64,000 nt of DNA from Octopus vulgaris (Eukaryota): contig OX597823.1 of assembly GCA_951406725.2 (NCBI GenBank), forward strand, positions 25,978,001 through 26,042,000, written 5' to 3'. Under the pieces are notes generated by a model. That model did not search any database. It was not told where the DNA came from and worked only from the letters and a program-made list of their open reading frames with translations. Below, piece after piece: positions 13,170-28,100 of the stretch. Each line of letters begins with the position of its first letter. Position 1 is the stretch's first letter. The translations under genes were made by a program, and so were the position numbers.

Positions 13170-16100
13170 AATATATGTATAAATATATATTAATTGAAGC
13201 TGAAAAAAAATAATCTTGCTTACTTGTCAATCCTTTCCAATTCAGCATCAATCAGTGGACCCATTATCTTACATTGTTCTGCAAAAAATACATCAACACA
13301 AATTATGTCTTATGTCACAGCTGATATTGTTTTATTACAATAATATCTTTCAACCTCCTCCATTCAATTATTGTTCTACATGTTGATGAGTTGGTGTAAT
13401 GATACAAAAATAACCAAATGAAGAGAATGACTTGCAGAATGTTCAGTTTGACTAAATAGAAGTCTTTGCGGTTGTTATATTTAATCAGTTGTGATAGCTA
13501 GAGTTGTTGTCTTGTCCCAGGTAAGCCAAATTCTAGCTGATTCATTATTGAAAGGATTTCAATTTTGACCATGCTATCTTTTTCCTTCAGAGAATCAAAG
13601 AATCACATCAGGGTCTTGCAGGTACTATTGACAGAACATTAAAAAGAGTAATGGAAATCATTTTATATGAAAGAAAATCTAATTTGGAGCTTTCTAAACT
13701 TTTATTTTTACCATATTTCTCTATTGAAACACACTGCCTTTGTTTCCATTAATTTTGAAGATAATGAAAAATTTATATCACTTAAAACCAAGAAGTCTGT
13801 ATCATAGAACTAGTGATATTCTCAAGTAGGTTGGTAGCAAAAGGGTTTCAATGACAGGTATAACAGTCAACGTATTAATTTCCCTCATCATTTATGCAAA
13901 AATCATAATACTGATAATGATACATTTCTGCCCTCAAAGTCAAGAATTTAAATCTTGCTTTAATCATTGTCTGAGTAAGTCTATAGACTCTATCTCAGTC
14001 TACTTGGCTGGTAAATGCCTTTTTCATTTCCAGTTGAGTGATTACAAGCAGGAAAAGTGTTCACATTGTTAAAACAAGAGCTCTAGCACCCGTCAAATTT
14101 ACAAAAAGTGACCCTTATTTCTCTCAGAATGCAAAACTGTACCAGCCATAATACTGCTTAATCTACTCTTTAGTAGAGTTACAGTAATCTCACACCATCC
14201 TACAGAGATAAAGAATCTAAGAATGCTTCAGTGTAAATATTGGTAATTAATATCTTTTAATTACTTTAAAAGTTGCTCTTTGTTTTAGCAAACTTTTCCT
14301 CTAGGTTGTGGCCAAACCATGTGTATGTATTCCTTACTGGGTCACCTGCCCCTCCTGCTCCACAATCAATTTCTCTAAAATTTACTATGATGCACTTTCT
14401 TGGTATCATGTACCATGGCATTAGTTTATCTTGAGATCCTTATTTCCATATTTACATTATACTACTAACATCTCTCTAACTTTATCAAAGCTTAGCTTCA
14501 TGTTTTTATATATACCATCATCATCCAGTGTTTTAAATCTGGGTTTCGTCCCCGTTAACAGGGGTGGCTAGATCTACCTCAATGCTATAGCAACTGCCCT
14601 CACATCATCTCGCCATGTTTTGGGTACCCTCCTTTTTCAAATCAACCCTCCTAATCTCTTCCTCCACCTTTCCCTCAGTCTGCCTCACTTTCGTGTTCCA
14701 TTTACCTCAAACGCAATCACCCACTTCAGAACATGCTCTTGAGTTTTAAAAGTTGCCAGATCTTTTGTTCTACAAAGTTTGTAAGGAGCTAGTGACTGAA
14801 GATGGCAACATATCACTAGTATCAAAGCATAAAAAGCATTCTAAACACTCTGAAATTATCAGAACATTTGAATTTATCCAGCAAGTTCAACAGACCATTG
14901 ATTACAATCTCAGAAAGTCCATGAGATTAATTGCAAAAGATCTCCATGTGTCAGAAGGAACAGTCAGACATGTCCATGAAGACATCAGATATAAGCCTTA
15001 TACGATGAGGAAAGGTCAATTTGTCAGAAAAAGCAAAAGAAAATCACTACATCTGACCTAAAAGGCTCTTAAACAAACTAAAAAAAAATCAAGCAGCAGA
15101 TTTGATTTGGTTTTTCTCAAACAAGAAAAGCTTCGACCAAGATCAAAAAGTTAACAGAAGAAATGACAGATGGTTATATGCAGACCCTTCCAAGTGTTAT
15201 CCAGACAAAATTTCCTGCAAGTCATGGTTTTAAGGGTCGTCAGCAATGAAGGACATGTGATGCCTCCTTACTTCTTTCCACAAGGCCCTAGAGTTAACTA
15301 TCACCTACATTGAGGTCCTGGAAATAATTGTTAAGCCCTGGATAAACAGTGTATGCAATGGAAGGCCATATGTGTTTCAGTAAGACTCTGCACTATCACA
15401 TATAGCTCTAGTAACACAGGAATAGATGGCTGAAAATTTTCATGATCATATAACCCCAAACATTTGACCTCCTAATTCAATGAACATGCCCATAACACCA
15501 AAGATTCTATGAAAGCCGCCATTTCAGAGTAATGTCCAAGATGAACCAGAACCACTTGATTTGAGCATGTAGATGATTTAGATCTCATATAGAAGGGAAG
15601 GTAGCTTTATTGAATAACATTATAGAAAAGAAGGTTTATTTTTATCCTCATAGCATTTTTTATTAAATAAAGTTACTATATATCTGTTATTTTATAAACA
15701 TAAATCTGCCCTCAAATATCTTATGCACAGTGTGTATATGTGTGTGTGTGTGTGCTTTATATAATGTGTGGTTAGGTAGATATGTACATAATACATTATT
15801 TACTGTTAATATCTATCTACAGCTAACAAATCCAAACGTCCCTGCAACTTAACATTATCGAGCAACACAGACTAACACCTATCATGTTACTAATTATTTG
15901 TAGTAATTTGTTGATTGATGGAATAAACAGCAAATCTCTTTTGTGGAAAAACCTAATCACACCAAGCAATCATACAAACTTTCTGCCTTTCAAGCACAGG
16001 AAACAAGTACCAATCTACAACCCACCACTAACAACTCAACACTTCCTGTTAGGCTAAAAACTTTAGGGCTGTCATCATAAACATTGGCACAATCGAGAGT

Positions 16101-19100
16101 GTTTCTGAGATGCAGAAGCAGAGATGAAAAATGGATTGTGGGAAGCCACATCTACATTCCCCACAGGCAAATAAAAGAGATGAGATGAGTGGAGGAGGCA
16201 GAGAAATTAAAGTAACTGAATGTGCATGTATATAGTGCATTCATGTACGGTGTGTGTGCATGTCCATGTGTGTAAATGAGTATTATATACAAGATCAGAT
16301 ACTAGTGATAAACTACGTTGGAGTCATTCTCTTCAGGTAGTTAAAGCTTTTGAAGGAAAGCATAAATTCCATAACATCTCGGTCACTATTTTCTGTTATT
16401 CTGAAGTTTACATAAAAAGCCTTTATTTTTACCTTCAAGAGATAATAACTCTGAAGAATCTGGTTGTGTTTCTCCTGTTGGATCAGCATTCTGTATCAGT
16501 GCCAATACTTGGTCAATCTTTGCCTATAGTAACATTGTTTAAGGAAAAATAAAGGAAACAGAGATTTTTAAAGTTAATTATAACATTTAAACAGACATTT
16601 ACATGAAGTACAATATAAAAAGCTTTGTAAGGTTTGTGCTGTGTCTACTTCACAACACTGTTCAAGGACAAATAAATGAAAGAGAAATTTTAAAGTTAGA
16701 CAATAACATTCAAACAGACAAAATGTTTCATAAGGTTTGTGTTGCATCTACTGCACAAGTACAATAACTGATTCTACATATAACAAAATTTCTGGCTCCA
16801 ATTATAAACTACTCTTATATTCCTAAGAAAACCCATCAAGCTGAACAAAATCGCAGTTGTGGCAGATACTGGTGTCATGCAAATTGGCACCCGTGCCAGT
16901 GCCATGCAAATGACACCCGTGCCAGTGGCACGTAAAAACACCCATTACACTCTTGGATTGGTTGGCGTTAGGAAGGGCATCCAGCTGTAAAAAACTATGA
17001 CAAATCAGACTGGAGTCTGGCGCAGCCTTCCAGCATGCCAGCATGGACAATGGATGTTAAATGATGATGATGATGGTTATAGCAATATATATATATATAT
17101 CATCATCATTTAACGGCCGCTTTCCATGCTGGCATGGGTTTGACGGTTTGACTGAGGACTGGTGAGCCAGAGGCTGCACCAGGCTCAATCTGATATAGCA
17201 AAGTTTCTACAGCTGGATGCCCTTCCTAACGCCAACCACTCTGAGAGTGTAATGGGTACTTTTTACATGCCACCAGCGGTTCTGGCAATGACCAAGCTCA
17301 AAAGGTGTTTTTACGTGCTACCTGCACGGGAGCCAGTCCGGTGGCACTGGGAACAACCACGCTCGAATGTTGTGCATATATGTTTGTTGATTCTACAACT
17401 AATACATAGAGTACTTTTTTGAGCTATGGTTTATTCAATCCATAACAGAAATGGATAAGGAGTATGGCACGTAAAAAGCACCATCCGATCGTGGCCGTTG
17501 CCAGCCTCACCTGGCCCCCCGGTGGCACGTAAAAAGCACCATCCGTCCATGGCCGTTTGCCAGCTCTGTCTGGCACCTGTGCGGGTGGCACGTAAAAAGC
17601 ACCCACTACACTCACGGAGTGGTTGGCGTTAGGAAGGGCATCCAGCTGTAGAAACACTGCCAGATGAGACTGGGCCGATGCAGCCTTCTGGCTTCACAGA
17701 CCTCAGTTGAACCGTCCAACCTATGCTAGCATGGAAAGCGGACGCTAAATGATGATGATGATGAAACATGTATTTATTTAGGTGCAGGCTTGGATATGTG
17801 TTTAAGAAGTTTGCTCCACAGTTAAATGGTTTCAGATTCAGCCCTACAGTGCTGCATCTTGGGCAAGTGTCTTCTACAATAGGTTGACTAATACCTCGTG
17901 AGTGAATTTGGAAGATGTGAACTGTTCAAAGCATGCATACAATGTACACACAGGCACACACACAAACTGGCTTCCATTATAGTTTCTGGTCTACTAATTC
18001 CAATTACAAAGCATTAGTTCACCCAAGGTTTATGGTAGAAAACACTTGCTCAAAGTGCTGTGCATTGAGACTGAACCCAAAGACATGGTTATGAAGTGAA
18101 CTTCTTAACCACATGACCATGCTTGCACCAAGTATTATAATAATAACAATCTTTTCTACTATAGAGACAAGGCCTGAAATTTGGCAGGAGGGGATTATTC
18201 AATTGCATCAACCCCAGTGTTTTACTGATACTGAATTTATTAACCCCGAAATGATGAAAGTCGACCTTGGTGGAATTTGAACTCATAACATAGCAACAGG
18301 TGAAATATCACTAACCATTTCATCCAGCATGCTAATGATTCTACCAGCTTGCCACTTAATAATAATAATGGTCCTTTCTATTATAGGCACAAGGCCTGAA
18401 ATTTTGGGCCAGGGGCAGTTGATTACATTGACCCCAGTGCAAAACTGGTGCTTATTTTATCAACTCCGAAAGGATGAAAGGCTAAGTTGACCTCGGCGAA
18501 ATTTGAACTAAGAACATTGCGACAGGCAAAATACTGCTAAGCATTTTGTCCAGCGTGCTAACAATTCTGCCAGCTTGCTGCCTTTATGATAATAATAATA
18601 AAGTGTGCATGTGTGTTTATATATTAAGCTCTATTCCAACTTCACTGCTAAGTGCTAGTTGTAGGAACAGCATCTATGTCTATAAAAAAACTAACTGTTC
18701 TGTCTTAAGTGAATGTAAAGAAAAAGGTAGTCATTGCCTAAAAGTAAGTGAAGTAGGGTATATAGATGTAAGTGTATAACCCAAATATAAAATAAAAGGT
18801 TTCGAAAGCTGGTGTATTTAACTCAACAACTTGGAAAGAAAATACAGAAAAAAAAAGGATCAAGTATTTGGGTAAGTTTACAGAGATTAAAACAAAAGTA
18901 TGGTTACACTAGATTCATTCTAATGCTGTTTGCCCTCAGAACAGTCTGATTAACAGACCTACAATCAAAGGTATTCTAACTGTGATCATCCCATCATTTT
19001 GTATATCAAGGGATTACATTGTCCAATGTGTCCTTCAATGGGAAAGTTTGGTTTGAGGAAATTTGGTCGTTATTTCTAACAGTTCGAGAGACTGTGCAAA

Positions 19101-22100
19101 GGTACCCTTATAAATCCATAGCTAATTCTAATTATTTCAAGAAATAGGATTTATAAAACATTAATTTGATATTTTATTTTTAGGTCTATTCCATGACTAA
19201 ATTATCATTATTCATCCAGCTGACATTAGGAAGGGCGTCCATCTGTAGAAACCAAACCAAAGCTGACACTGGAGCTTGAGAAAGTCCTGTGGTTCGTTGG
19301 ATGCAGTGAAACTATCCAACCCATGCCAACCCATGTTAAATGATGATGCTGATAATTTAGAGATAAAAAGAAAAGAAATTCACCTCATCCACTTCTACTT
19401 CTTCCGGAAGAGTTTCCATAACTTTCACATCTACTTCTTCATTGAACTGAACACCTTTTTTCTCTTTCACTGAAGATAAAAAAAGACAACACAAATATGA
19501 GACAAAATACTGTGATGTCAACCACCACATGTTAGTTCTAATGATACAGTTCTAAGCATGTTGATACCTTATATACGAATGTTATAGCATTGAATTGACG
19601 AAAGCCAGATGGCCGAGTGGATAGTGCAAAGGACAACTGAGAAGTTAAGAGATTCTTAAAATGTCACTTGCATGATTTTGTGTCAAAGTATTTGATTCTC
19701 CATGACAGTCCACTGATGTACTATAGGGTGGTGTAACTCACCACAGTAAGTAGATACTACAAGATGATACAGTTCACCTAACTGTATTTTACTTTAAGAA
19801 TTAAAATTGTAACTCTAAAAATTTGATAAAATAATCCAAAGCTTTTCCCACCATCCAAGCTACTGACATAGATAAAAGGGATAAATATATAAACAGACAT
19901 ACTCTCTTCTGGTTCAGCTGTTAGATTAGAAGTAACAAAGTTGGCAGGAAACAGCCCCTCTCCTCTGTGACTGAAACCTTTCCACCAGTTTGGGTCCCTA
20001 TAAAAACAACAAAACATAAGATATGTAAAACACAAACTCATAAATTTTAAATAACTTTTAACACAAAGCTACATAATTTGAACGAGGCAACAGTTGGTTA
20101 ATCTCAGAACTTGGGTTACTTAATTTTAGCGACCTCAAAAAGACAAAAAGTAAAGTTAATATCTGCAGAATTTGAACACATTTTGCATTTTATCTGCTGG
20201 TCTATCATTTCTATTGGCTTTGCTGATTCTCTTATAATACATCAACAAGCATTTTAAGTCCATTTTCCTTGCTAAAGTAGGAGTTATCCTTTCAGGCCCT
20301 ATAACAGTCTTCTCTATTTTGTCCTATCCTCTACATCAACTTTCTTGCCCTAGTTACCCTCTTCTTCAGTTTTAGCCAGGCCTTTCCCTTCCTTTATATC
20401 CTTCCACATTAATTTCCGTCGTTCCTCTCACCCATTTGTATTCTTCTTTAACACATGACACAACTATCTCATCACATTTCTCTGCACAATATCCATTGTC
20501 AGTTCAATTTTTGTCATTCTCTGCAATTCTGTCATAACAAAAACTGGCTGGCAGATGGTAGACTTGGCAGGATTGCTAGACAAAATCCCTTCCAGTATTT
20601 AGCTATATCCCTTTATACTCTGAATTTAAATCATAGCTTATATAGCTTTGTCTCTCAAATGTTGTAGAGTTGATAAGAACCAGCCTCACATCCTTTACTT
20701 CAAAATAACATCTAAGTTGTGACAGCAGAAGGGAGAAGGGGGTTGCATTAGCTTCGTACTCATCTGCAACTGAGCATACTAAATCAGCATGAAATAAAGT
20801 ACCTTGTTCAAAGATACTATGCGTTACCTGATCCAAGAGTTGAACCCACAACCTTATGATTGTGAGCCCAACACCATAACCATTTAGCCACATTCTAATG
20901 AGGGGACAAATAAGGTAAAAAGAGAATAAGGAAAATTAGACTTACGTATCATCTTGTACACTAATGATTTCACCAGCTTTAAAGTTAAGTTCATTATCTT
21001 CTGCGGCTTCAAAATCATACAGAGCTCTCACCTGTATCAGGAAGGGAGACAGAAAGAAATCTTAGTTATCAATTATTGGTGATTAGTAAACAACATAATG
21101 TAAAGTGATGTCAGCTGACCAAGCAAAATATCATAGTAAAACTGACATGTAGATAGAGGTTAGTTGTCTGAAGGGACATGCAGATGACATGTTAGTCCTC
21201 CAAAATGACATGCAGACGAATGCCAGCTGTCCAAGGTGACATGTAGGCATATCTCAGTTGTCTACGGTCATATGCAGCTGTGTCTTAGCTGTCTAAAATA
21301 ACATGTAGACATGTCTCAATTGTCCAAGGTGACATATAGACATAGGTTGGTTGCCCCAGCAGTGTTGCAATATGATAAAATTATTTAAGTAAAAACCAGA
21401 GCTGACAGATTTTGTTAATTTCCATCCCTACAACACTAATAAAATACAGCTAAATCTATAATAGATGTAAAATTCTGTTTGTCTGTTTGTCTAGGACCCC
21501 TGTATCTTACTCTATATTTGCTCTACATAGACATATTATACTTTTTTGAAATCAGGATGATCCCAGGATTGAAAATCTGCCCTTCATTTGGTTCTTGAAC
21601 ATTCAACATTGGGATCAGGTCTGGACGAGGATTTTTTATATGCTAATAGTTGAAAATTTAAATTTTTGAAGAAGTCCAAAAATTTGTGAACTTACAGGGT
21701 ACCAAAGCAGTAAAGCTCTGAAAAAAATCCAAGATCACATCAATTTAGAAAATGAATCTGATTGTTCTTAGAATTTCCAATAGACTAAATGAACATATCA
21801 AATATTTCTATTGCTTGTCTTTTTACCAAATTGCAACAATGTATAGGACTTGTGATTATCATTTGTTTCTGCAGAATTAAGCAGATGAGAGCTAAACATC
21901 TCCTTGGATAAGATGTTGCTCTATTGCAGGCAGTCTTTCCAGGTGCAAGAATTAAACTTGACATTATAAGTCAATGAACCCCTAAAATTCTACAGTCACT
22001 GTTGCATACTATAATTCCATTCTGCTTCTGTTGACAGTTAAATGCCTTGATTGTGAACACTGTACAATGAAGTATATGGTCTAATGGTACCTATTTACAA

Positions 22101-25100
22101 CTACTATCAGTCGTCAACACAACAGAGTTGACTATCATGATATAGTAAATACTTAGAAACACTGTCTTGGTCACAAACCCAGTACAGAGAATTAGACTAT
22201 CATACAATACCCATTTTACAACTATTGTCTTGGTCAGGGAAAGTACAATGTTGAGAACAAAATACAAACAGCAGATGTTAATGCTGAACTTAGCTTCTTC
22301 ATTTCTATGGAAAGAAATATTGTCTTTTCGACAGCAGGATGAAAAAATTTAGCACTACATAGTTTGATCATATGCTGTTCAAGACTGAGTCATTCACAGT
22401 ATAACAGACTATGTTATACAGTGAATAACTATGTTATTCAGTGCCAGACAAATGATGAGTTGCTCTTGAATGTTGTATTTGGCTACCTCAGTATCATATA
22501 TTTGTTTGATCTAAGGTAACAGGAGGTTCTCAACAAAACCTCAGAGCTGGTATTCTAACTCTGAAGAGTTTGTTGGGAGGCCGATATCATACTTCTCTGC
22601 CAACCCCAATATTTAGATAAGAAACCATTATGACTTGATCAATTAATGTTGATGGTAGTATGTTTGAGTAAACTAACCTATCTAAATAATGTTGTTTAAT
22701 GAACCATAACAGTCCCCTAGAGCTAGTGCTTTTTGCTCAAGTTTTCTGAGATATTCAGTGCACAGGAATCAAAATAACACCTCCTGGATAACATTAGTGT
22801 TTCATGCTGGTACATTTTTCAGAGAAGCCTGATACCTATTTGCTATCTAGATAGCCCTACAGAAACTAATATTCCAGTAGCATGATTTGAACTCTGTAAC
22901 CAATGAACAAATAAGGAGACCTTATCCATTCTAATTTCTCACTGACATACATAATCTATTTAGGCTGGTCCAGTGGCTTGTTGCTTTAGACTTTCCATGG
23001 CATTCAGCTGCATCTTCAGACAAAGTAGCCAAAGGGACATGCCTTATCATTGAAGGCCATAGCAACCTATAATATATTTTATTATTGTCCACAGGGGGCT
23101 AAACATAGAGGGGACAAATAAGGACAGACAAAGGGATTAAGTCGATTACATCAACCTCAGGGTGTAACTGGTACTTATTTAATCGATCCCAAAAGGATGA
23201 AAGGCAAAGTCGACCTCAGCAGAATTTGAATTCAGAATGTAACAGCAGACGAAATACTGCTAAGCATTTCACCTGGCGTGCTAACGATTCTGCCAGCTCA
23301 CCACCCTGAAAGTAGTGTATAATTCTGCTGAGGTCAATTTTGTCTTTCATCCATTCAAGGTTGATAAAAGAAGTAACAGTCATACACTGGGATCAATGTA
23401 AACCCCTCCCCTAAACTTGTTGGCCTTATGCCAAATTTTTAAACCATTATTATTCTATTATTATAAATATTATTATTAAGGTGGTAAGCAGGCAGAATTG
23501 TTAGCACACTGGATGAAATGTTTAGTGATATTTCTTTTTTCTTTATGTTCCAAATTCAAATTCTGCTGGAGTCAATGAAATAAATACCAGACAAATACTG
23601 GGGTTGATGTAAAATTTCAGGCATTGTATCTATAGTAGAAAGGATTATTATTATTGTTGCTGTTGTTGTTATTGCACTATTTATACACACTTTTACTGTA
23701 CTACTTTCACCATTAAAGTTAAGGCGCAAACTCCAGGGTAACAGACCACTCGACTGGCCTATATGAACTATTGATCTCTACATTTGTATAGATTGCTTAT
23801 TCTCCAGATCATTACTTAACAATGGACATATATATCATAGTCAGACAGACAAGATGTAAAACACAGCAACGTCCTAAAAATCAACTAACTAAAGAGGCTA
23901 GACAAACATGATAACTTCTGCATATTAAATTTGGCTTTTAAATGGCACAAGCAACCTTTGAACTTAGTATCTGTTGTGTTATTTTTCTAACAACTACTTG
24001 ATTAAATCTGGAGAACAAAAAATGAAAAATTGAGAGACAAAGAATGAAAAGAAAGTATGGACAGTTAGAGGTAGAGGGTAATGTAAAGGTTAGACTGAAT
24101 AAATATTTATTTTCAAACATACACATACACAAAATCAAACACAAAATTTACATACTTTGCGATACTCTTTGCTTTTGGGCAAAGTATTACTGCTGCTAAG
24201 GGCAGTAGAAGCTGATGGGTATAACGAACCACCAGTTTTGGATTTTTCAGCTTCTTGTAATGATAAAGCAATGGCTGAAAAATATAAAACACATCAAAAC
24301 CAATTAATTAAAAAAGAAAACTGATTAACGAATTTACTCAAATTAGTATAACATCATTATTATGATGAAACAAAACCACAATACAAAACCTGAAAAATAA
24401 TTTCTATTAAAAGATACAAGGCTTGAAATTAGGTGGGAAGGATATAATCTATTATATTGAACTCAACACTGGACTAGAACTTTGTGAGTCAGGAAGGATG
24501 AAAGGCCAAGTCAACCTTAGTAGGACCTGAACTCAGAATGTAAAGAGGAAATACTGTGAGAGATGATTAGAGATGAGGGCAGAGGTGATTGTAATGAATG
24601 GTGAATAAGGATGGAGGAATAGTTGATATATGAGTTGGGGGAAAAGCGGTCAGAATGAAAGATGGATGCCAATAGAAGTGGCTCACAAGAGAGGAGGTGA
24701 TGACTTGCAATACAGAAAGGGTGAAATAATATAACTGTAGTGACGTCATATTCCAGTGTGCGCACACGCAACGTCATTCTTCAGTGTGCGTGTGCGGACG
24801 TCCTTCTTCAGTGTGCTTGTGCGGGGTTGGAACCTTCTGGAAAGGCATAAGGAAGTTCCCTCAAGCACATGCGCTAGAGACTGAAGAATAAATTCTATAG
24901 CGTTCCTTAATAGCGTCAGGGACTTGAGACATGGCGATAGAAGAGAAAGGATGTACATTTTAAACCTGCGATCAGCCTATTCTCCTGTTCTATTGCTGCT
25001 GAATTGTTGTAAAGCTTACAAACGTTTGAATTCAGCCTTGCTGTGTTGAACTAGGTGGATACCAGCATACCATCGTGTTTCATTGTTGAACCAAGAGAAT

Positions 25101-28100
25101 AAAGAATTGTATATATTTTTAAACTTGCGTTTCGTTCCTGACTGGTAGTTTCTAGAAACAAAAAGAAAGGAAATTGTGTTGCACCCAAGTTGCATCCCAA
25201 AAGTGTAAAGAAGCAACCAGTTCCCATTACATAACCATGGGTAGGGTAAATATGAGGAGTGAGTGGGATAAAGTCGCAATGATGTGGGGTGGATCAGAGG
25301 TACATAGAAGTGAATAAAGATAGTGGGGAGTTGATGGTAGAAACAGTGTTAATAAGTAGCATCATTCATCCTTTGATTTGGTTGAACAACTAATCCCAAC
25401 CAACTGGGATTCACAGAACAGGTTGGTTGTACTAATCCTCTTCTTGATTGCTGAATGCAAAATATGGCTTGTGAGACATCTGCTTGGGTGATTTTTCTTG
25501 AATCACCCTCTCACCCTTGTATGCCAATCTGTCATAGAGCAAACATGGGGGTGACCCATTTACAGCTGAGTGGACTGCAGCAATGTGAAATGAAGTGTTT
25601 TGCTCAAGAACACAAAATGCAGCCAGTCTGGAAATTAAAACTATGATCTCACAATTGCGAGAGCAACACCCTAACCACTAGGCCATGCACCTTCATGCAT
25701 TATTGGATGGCTGTTGACTCCTGAGTTCTTCTGCCCTTTGACAGGTTTTATTTTCCATCCCACAACATGCCCAAATTCATTGGACATGCACACAACCACA
25801 TAGACACACATCTTTCATTCATTTTTACATGTTTTTCAATGCTACCATAGGTTAGACAAATAATTATTGAGGTATTATTTTACAGCCAGATAATCTTTTT
25901 GCTAACCCTTAAGGACATATAAAACTTCCCTATATGCCAAAACTCCATCTATGAAGATATTCAAACAATGAGACAACATAAAGAAATGTTAACCTTTTGC
26001 TATGTCATCTTCTTCCTGTTGTGTTTGAACAGCATCAGGATTTGAAATAAGTGTTGGTGTTTTCTTTGGCTGTTAAAGAAAAAGAAAAAAAAATGATTAG
26101 CTAAACATGCATCAAAGGACTAGGAATATAAAAACTAATAATTGTAACTTATTTCTTATTTCTTTATTGTCCACAAGGGGCTAAACATAGAGGGGACAAA
26201 CGAGGACAGACAAAAGGATTAAGTCGATTATATCGACCCCAGTGCGTAACTGGTACTAAATTTATCGACTCCAAAAGGATGAAAGGCAAAGTCGACCTCA
26301 GCAGAATTTGAACTCAGAATGTAAAGACAGACGAAATACAGTTAAGCATTTCGTCCTGTGTGCTAACGTTTTTGCCAGCTCACTGCCTTATAATAATTAT
26401 TATTGTAACTTGTCAAGTTTCAGTTTTAAAATCAAATTTTTAAACTTCTTTGTAATGAATATTTCTTTCATCTAGTTTATAAATATTAATGCTTTCCTAA
26501 TTATACATGCATGTACACTTTAATTGCTGTTTTAGTAAAAATTACATACTCCAAACCAATTAATAATTAGCATTCTTCATTATCATCATCACTTTTTACA
26601 GCCACTTTTCGCATTCTGGCATGAGTTGGACAAATCTTGAAGCAGTATTTTATGACTACTAGCTGCTTCTTGACACCAACCCTTGTTTTCTAATTACAAA
26701 GTATTTTATTCAAGACTTTGCATATCAAACGGTTGTTTTTTTTTTCTTTTTAATGGGAGACGTAAACAACTTCATCAGCAAAGTGGGTGTCAAATGAAGG
26801 CACATAGTTACAAACATGCACATATAAACGTGTGTGTGTGTATGTGTGAGAGTTAAATGGACTTCCATATAGTTCCTGCCAAACAATTTCATTCAGAAGG
26901 CATTGGTCAATTTGAGGCTGTAGAAGACTACAGCCAAGTTGTCATGCAGTGCAATCAAACCCCAAAAATCACATGCTTGTGAAGTGAACTCTTTAACTAC
27001 ACAGACACCCCTATGTATTTAATGTTTATGTGTATTTATATTTTAATTCTAAGATAATGATTCACTTTGTCCTGTCAGATGAGTGTAATGTTGAAGGAAA
27101 CTCAGAACAGCTCAATGAGTGAATATATTACAGCTATGATATAAAAATATACACAACCTATATCTTAAATATATATATTCAATAACTGACATAAAAATGA
27201 CATCTATTACACTGAAATATCAGTAACAAGCAAACATAACACTGTGGTTTCTGATTACATCTGCAGGTCACATGATATGTTGTTGTCTACTCTTTATTTT
27301 TGGTCACATGATGCACTGTACCTATTTGTTTCTTTCATTCTCTTTGGCGTCCCTGAATACACACCTTAGACCTAAGTTAACAGGTTAGGACAAAGTTTTA
27401 CTATTTATGTTTTAGTAGTTTTACATTTGATTTTTGTTTTTAAGGATGAGCAAAAAGACATAAAAATTAGCCTATGAACTGTTGCTGGGAGTGTTATGAA
27501 TGCCTTTCTAATCACCAAATAAAATAAGAGTTACAGAGGTATTTTTAGAAGAGCTGAAAACTGAGCCTTGCTAAAGGACACAACATAATAGTGGTAGAAA
27601 AGTTTGAGTATGATTTACTCATGACCAAATAGACTACATGGTACCTTAGTTTATAATATCAAAGTAACCAATATCTAGTCTGTAAAGTATCAATTTCCAG
27701 AGCTATGTGGAAAAAAATTAAACAGAAGCTTTGAATTTGTTCAACGAAATATGTAAGCAAATGAATAATGGAAACTTGACACAAGTCAGAAAAATGCAGT
27801 TGTAAAGCTCAAATGTTTGATATCATATATTATTTTAAATCTCATAAAAACCAGACCAGTTGTCAATGAAATAAGTTATGGCTGCTTAACCTTTTAACAT
27901 TCAAATCACTGTCACATGTGATCTTTATAATTTAAGCAGTCAACAATAAAACAGTATATATAGTGATGAGATATTATACACAAGAAATGTATAAACAAGG
28001 CTTTTCCTCTTCAATTATATAATCAGGGAAAATAATTCACCAATATTAAGCAAAATTAGCAAATAAAAACAAATAAAAAATTTTGGTGCCCCAGCATGGC

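Noticed and set aside
17465-17600. Three copies of ggcacgtaaaaagcacc with variable spacers, superficially CRISPR-like
   Set aside because: These are internal subrepeats of the family-3 element; the spacers are related to one another, the context is eukaryotic and there are no cas genes.
21450-21800. Possible Helitron/Helentron-like 5' end (atctataata...tgtttgtctgtttgtc)
   Set aside because: No matching 3' hairpin or CTAG end could be identified; too weak to call.
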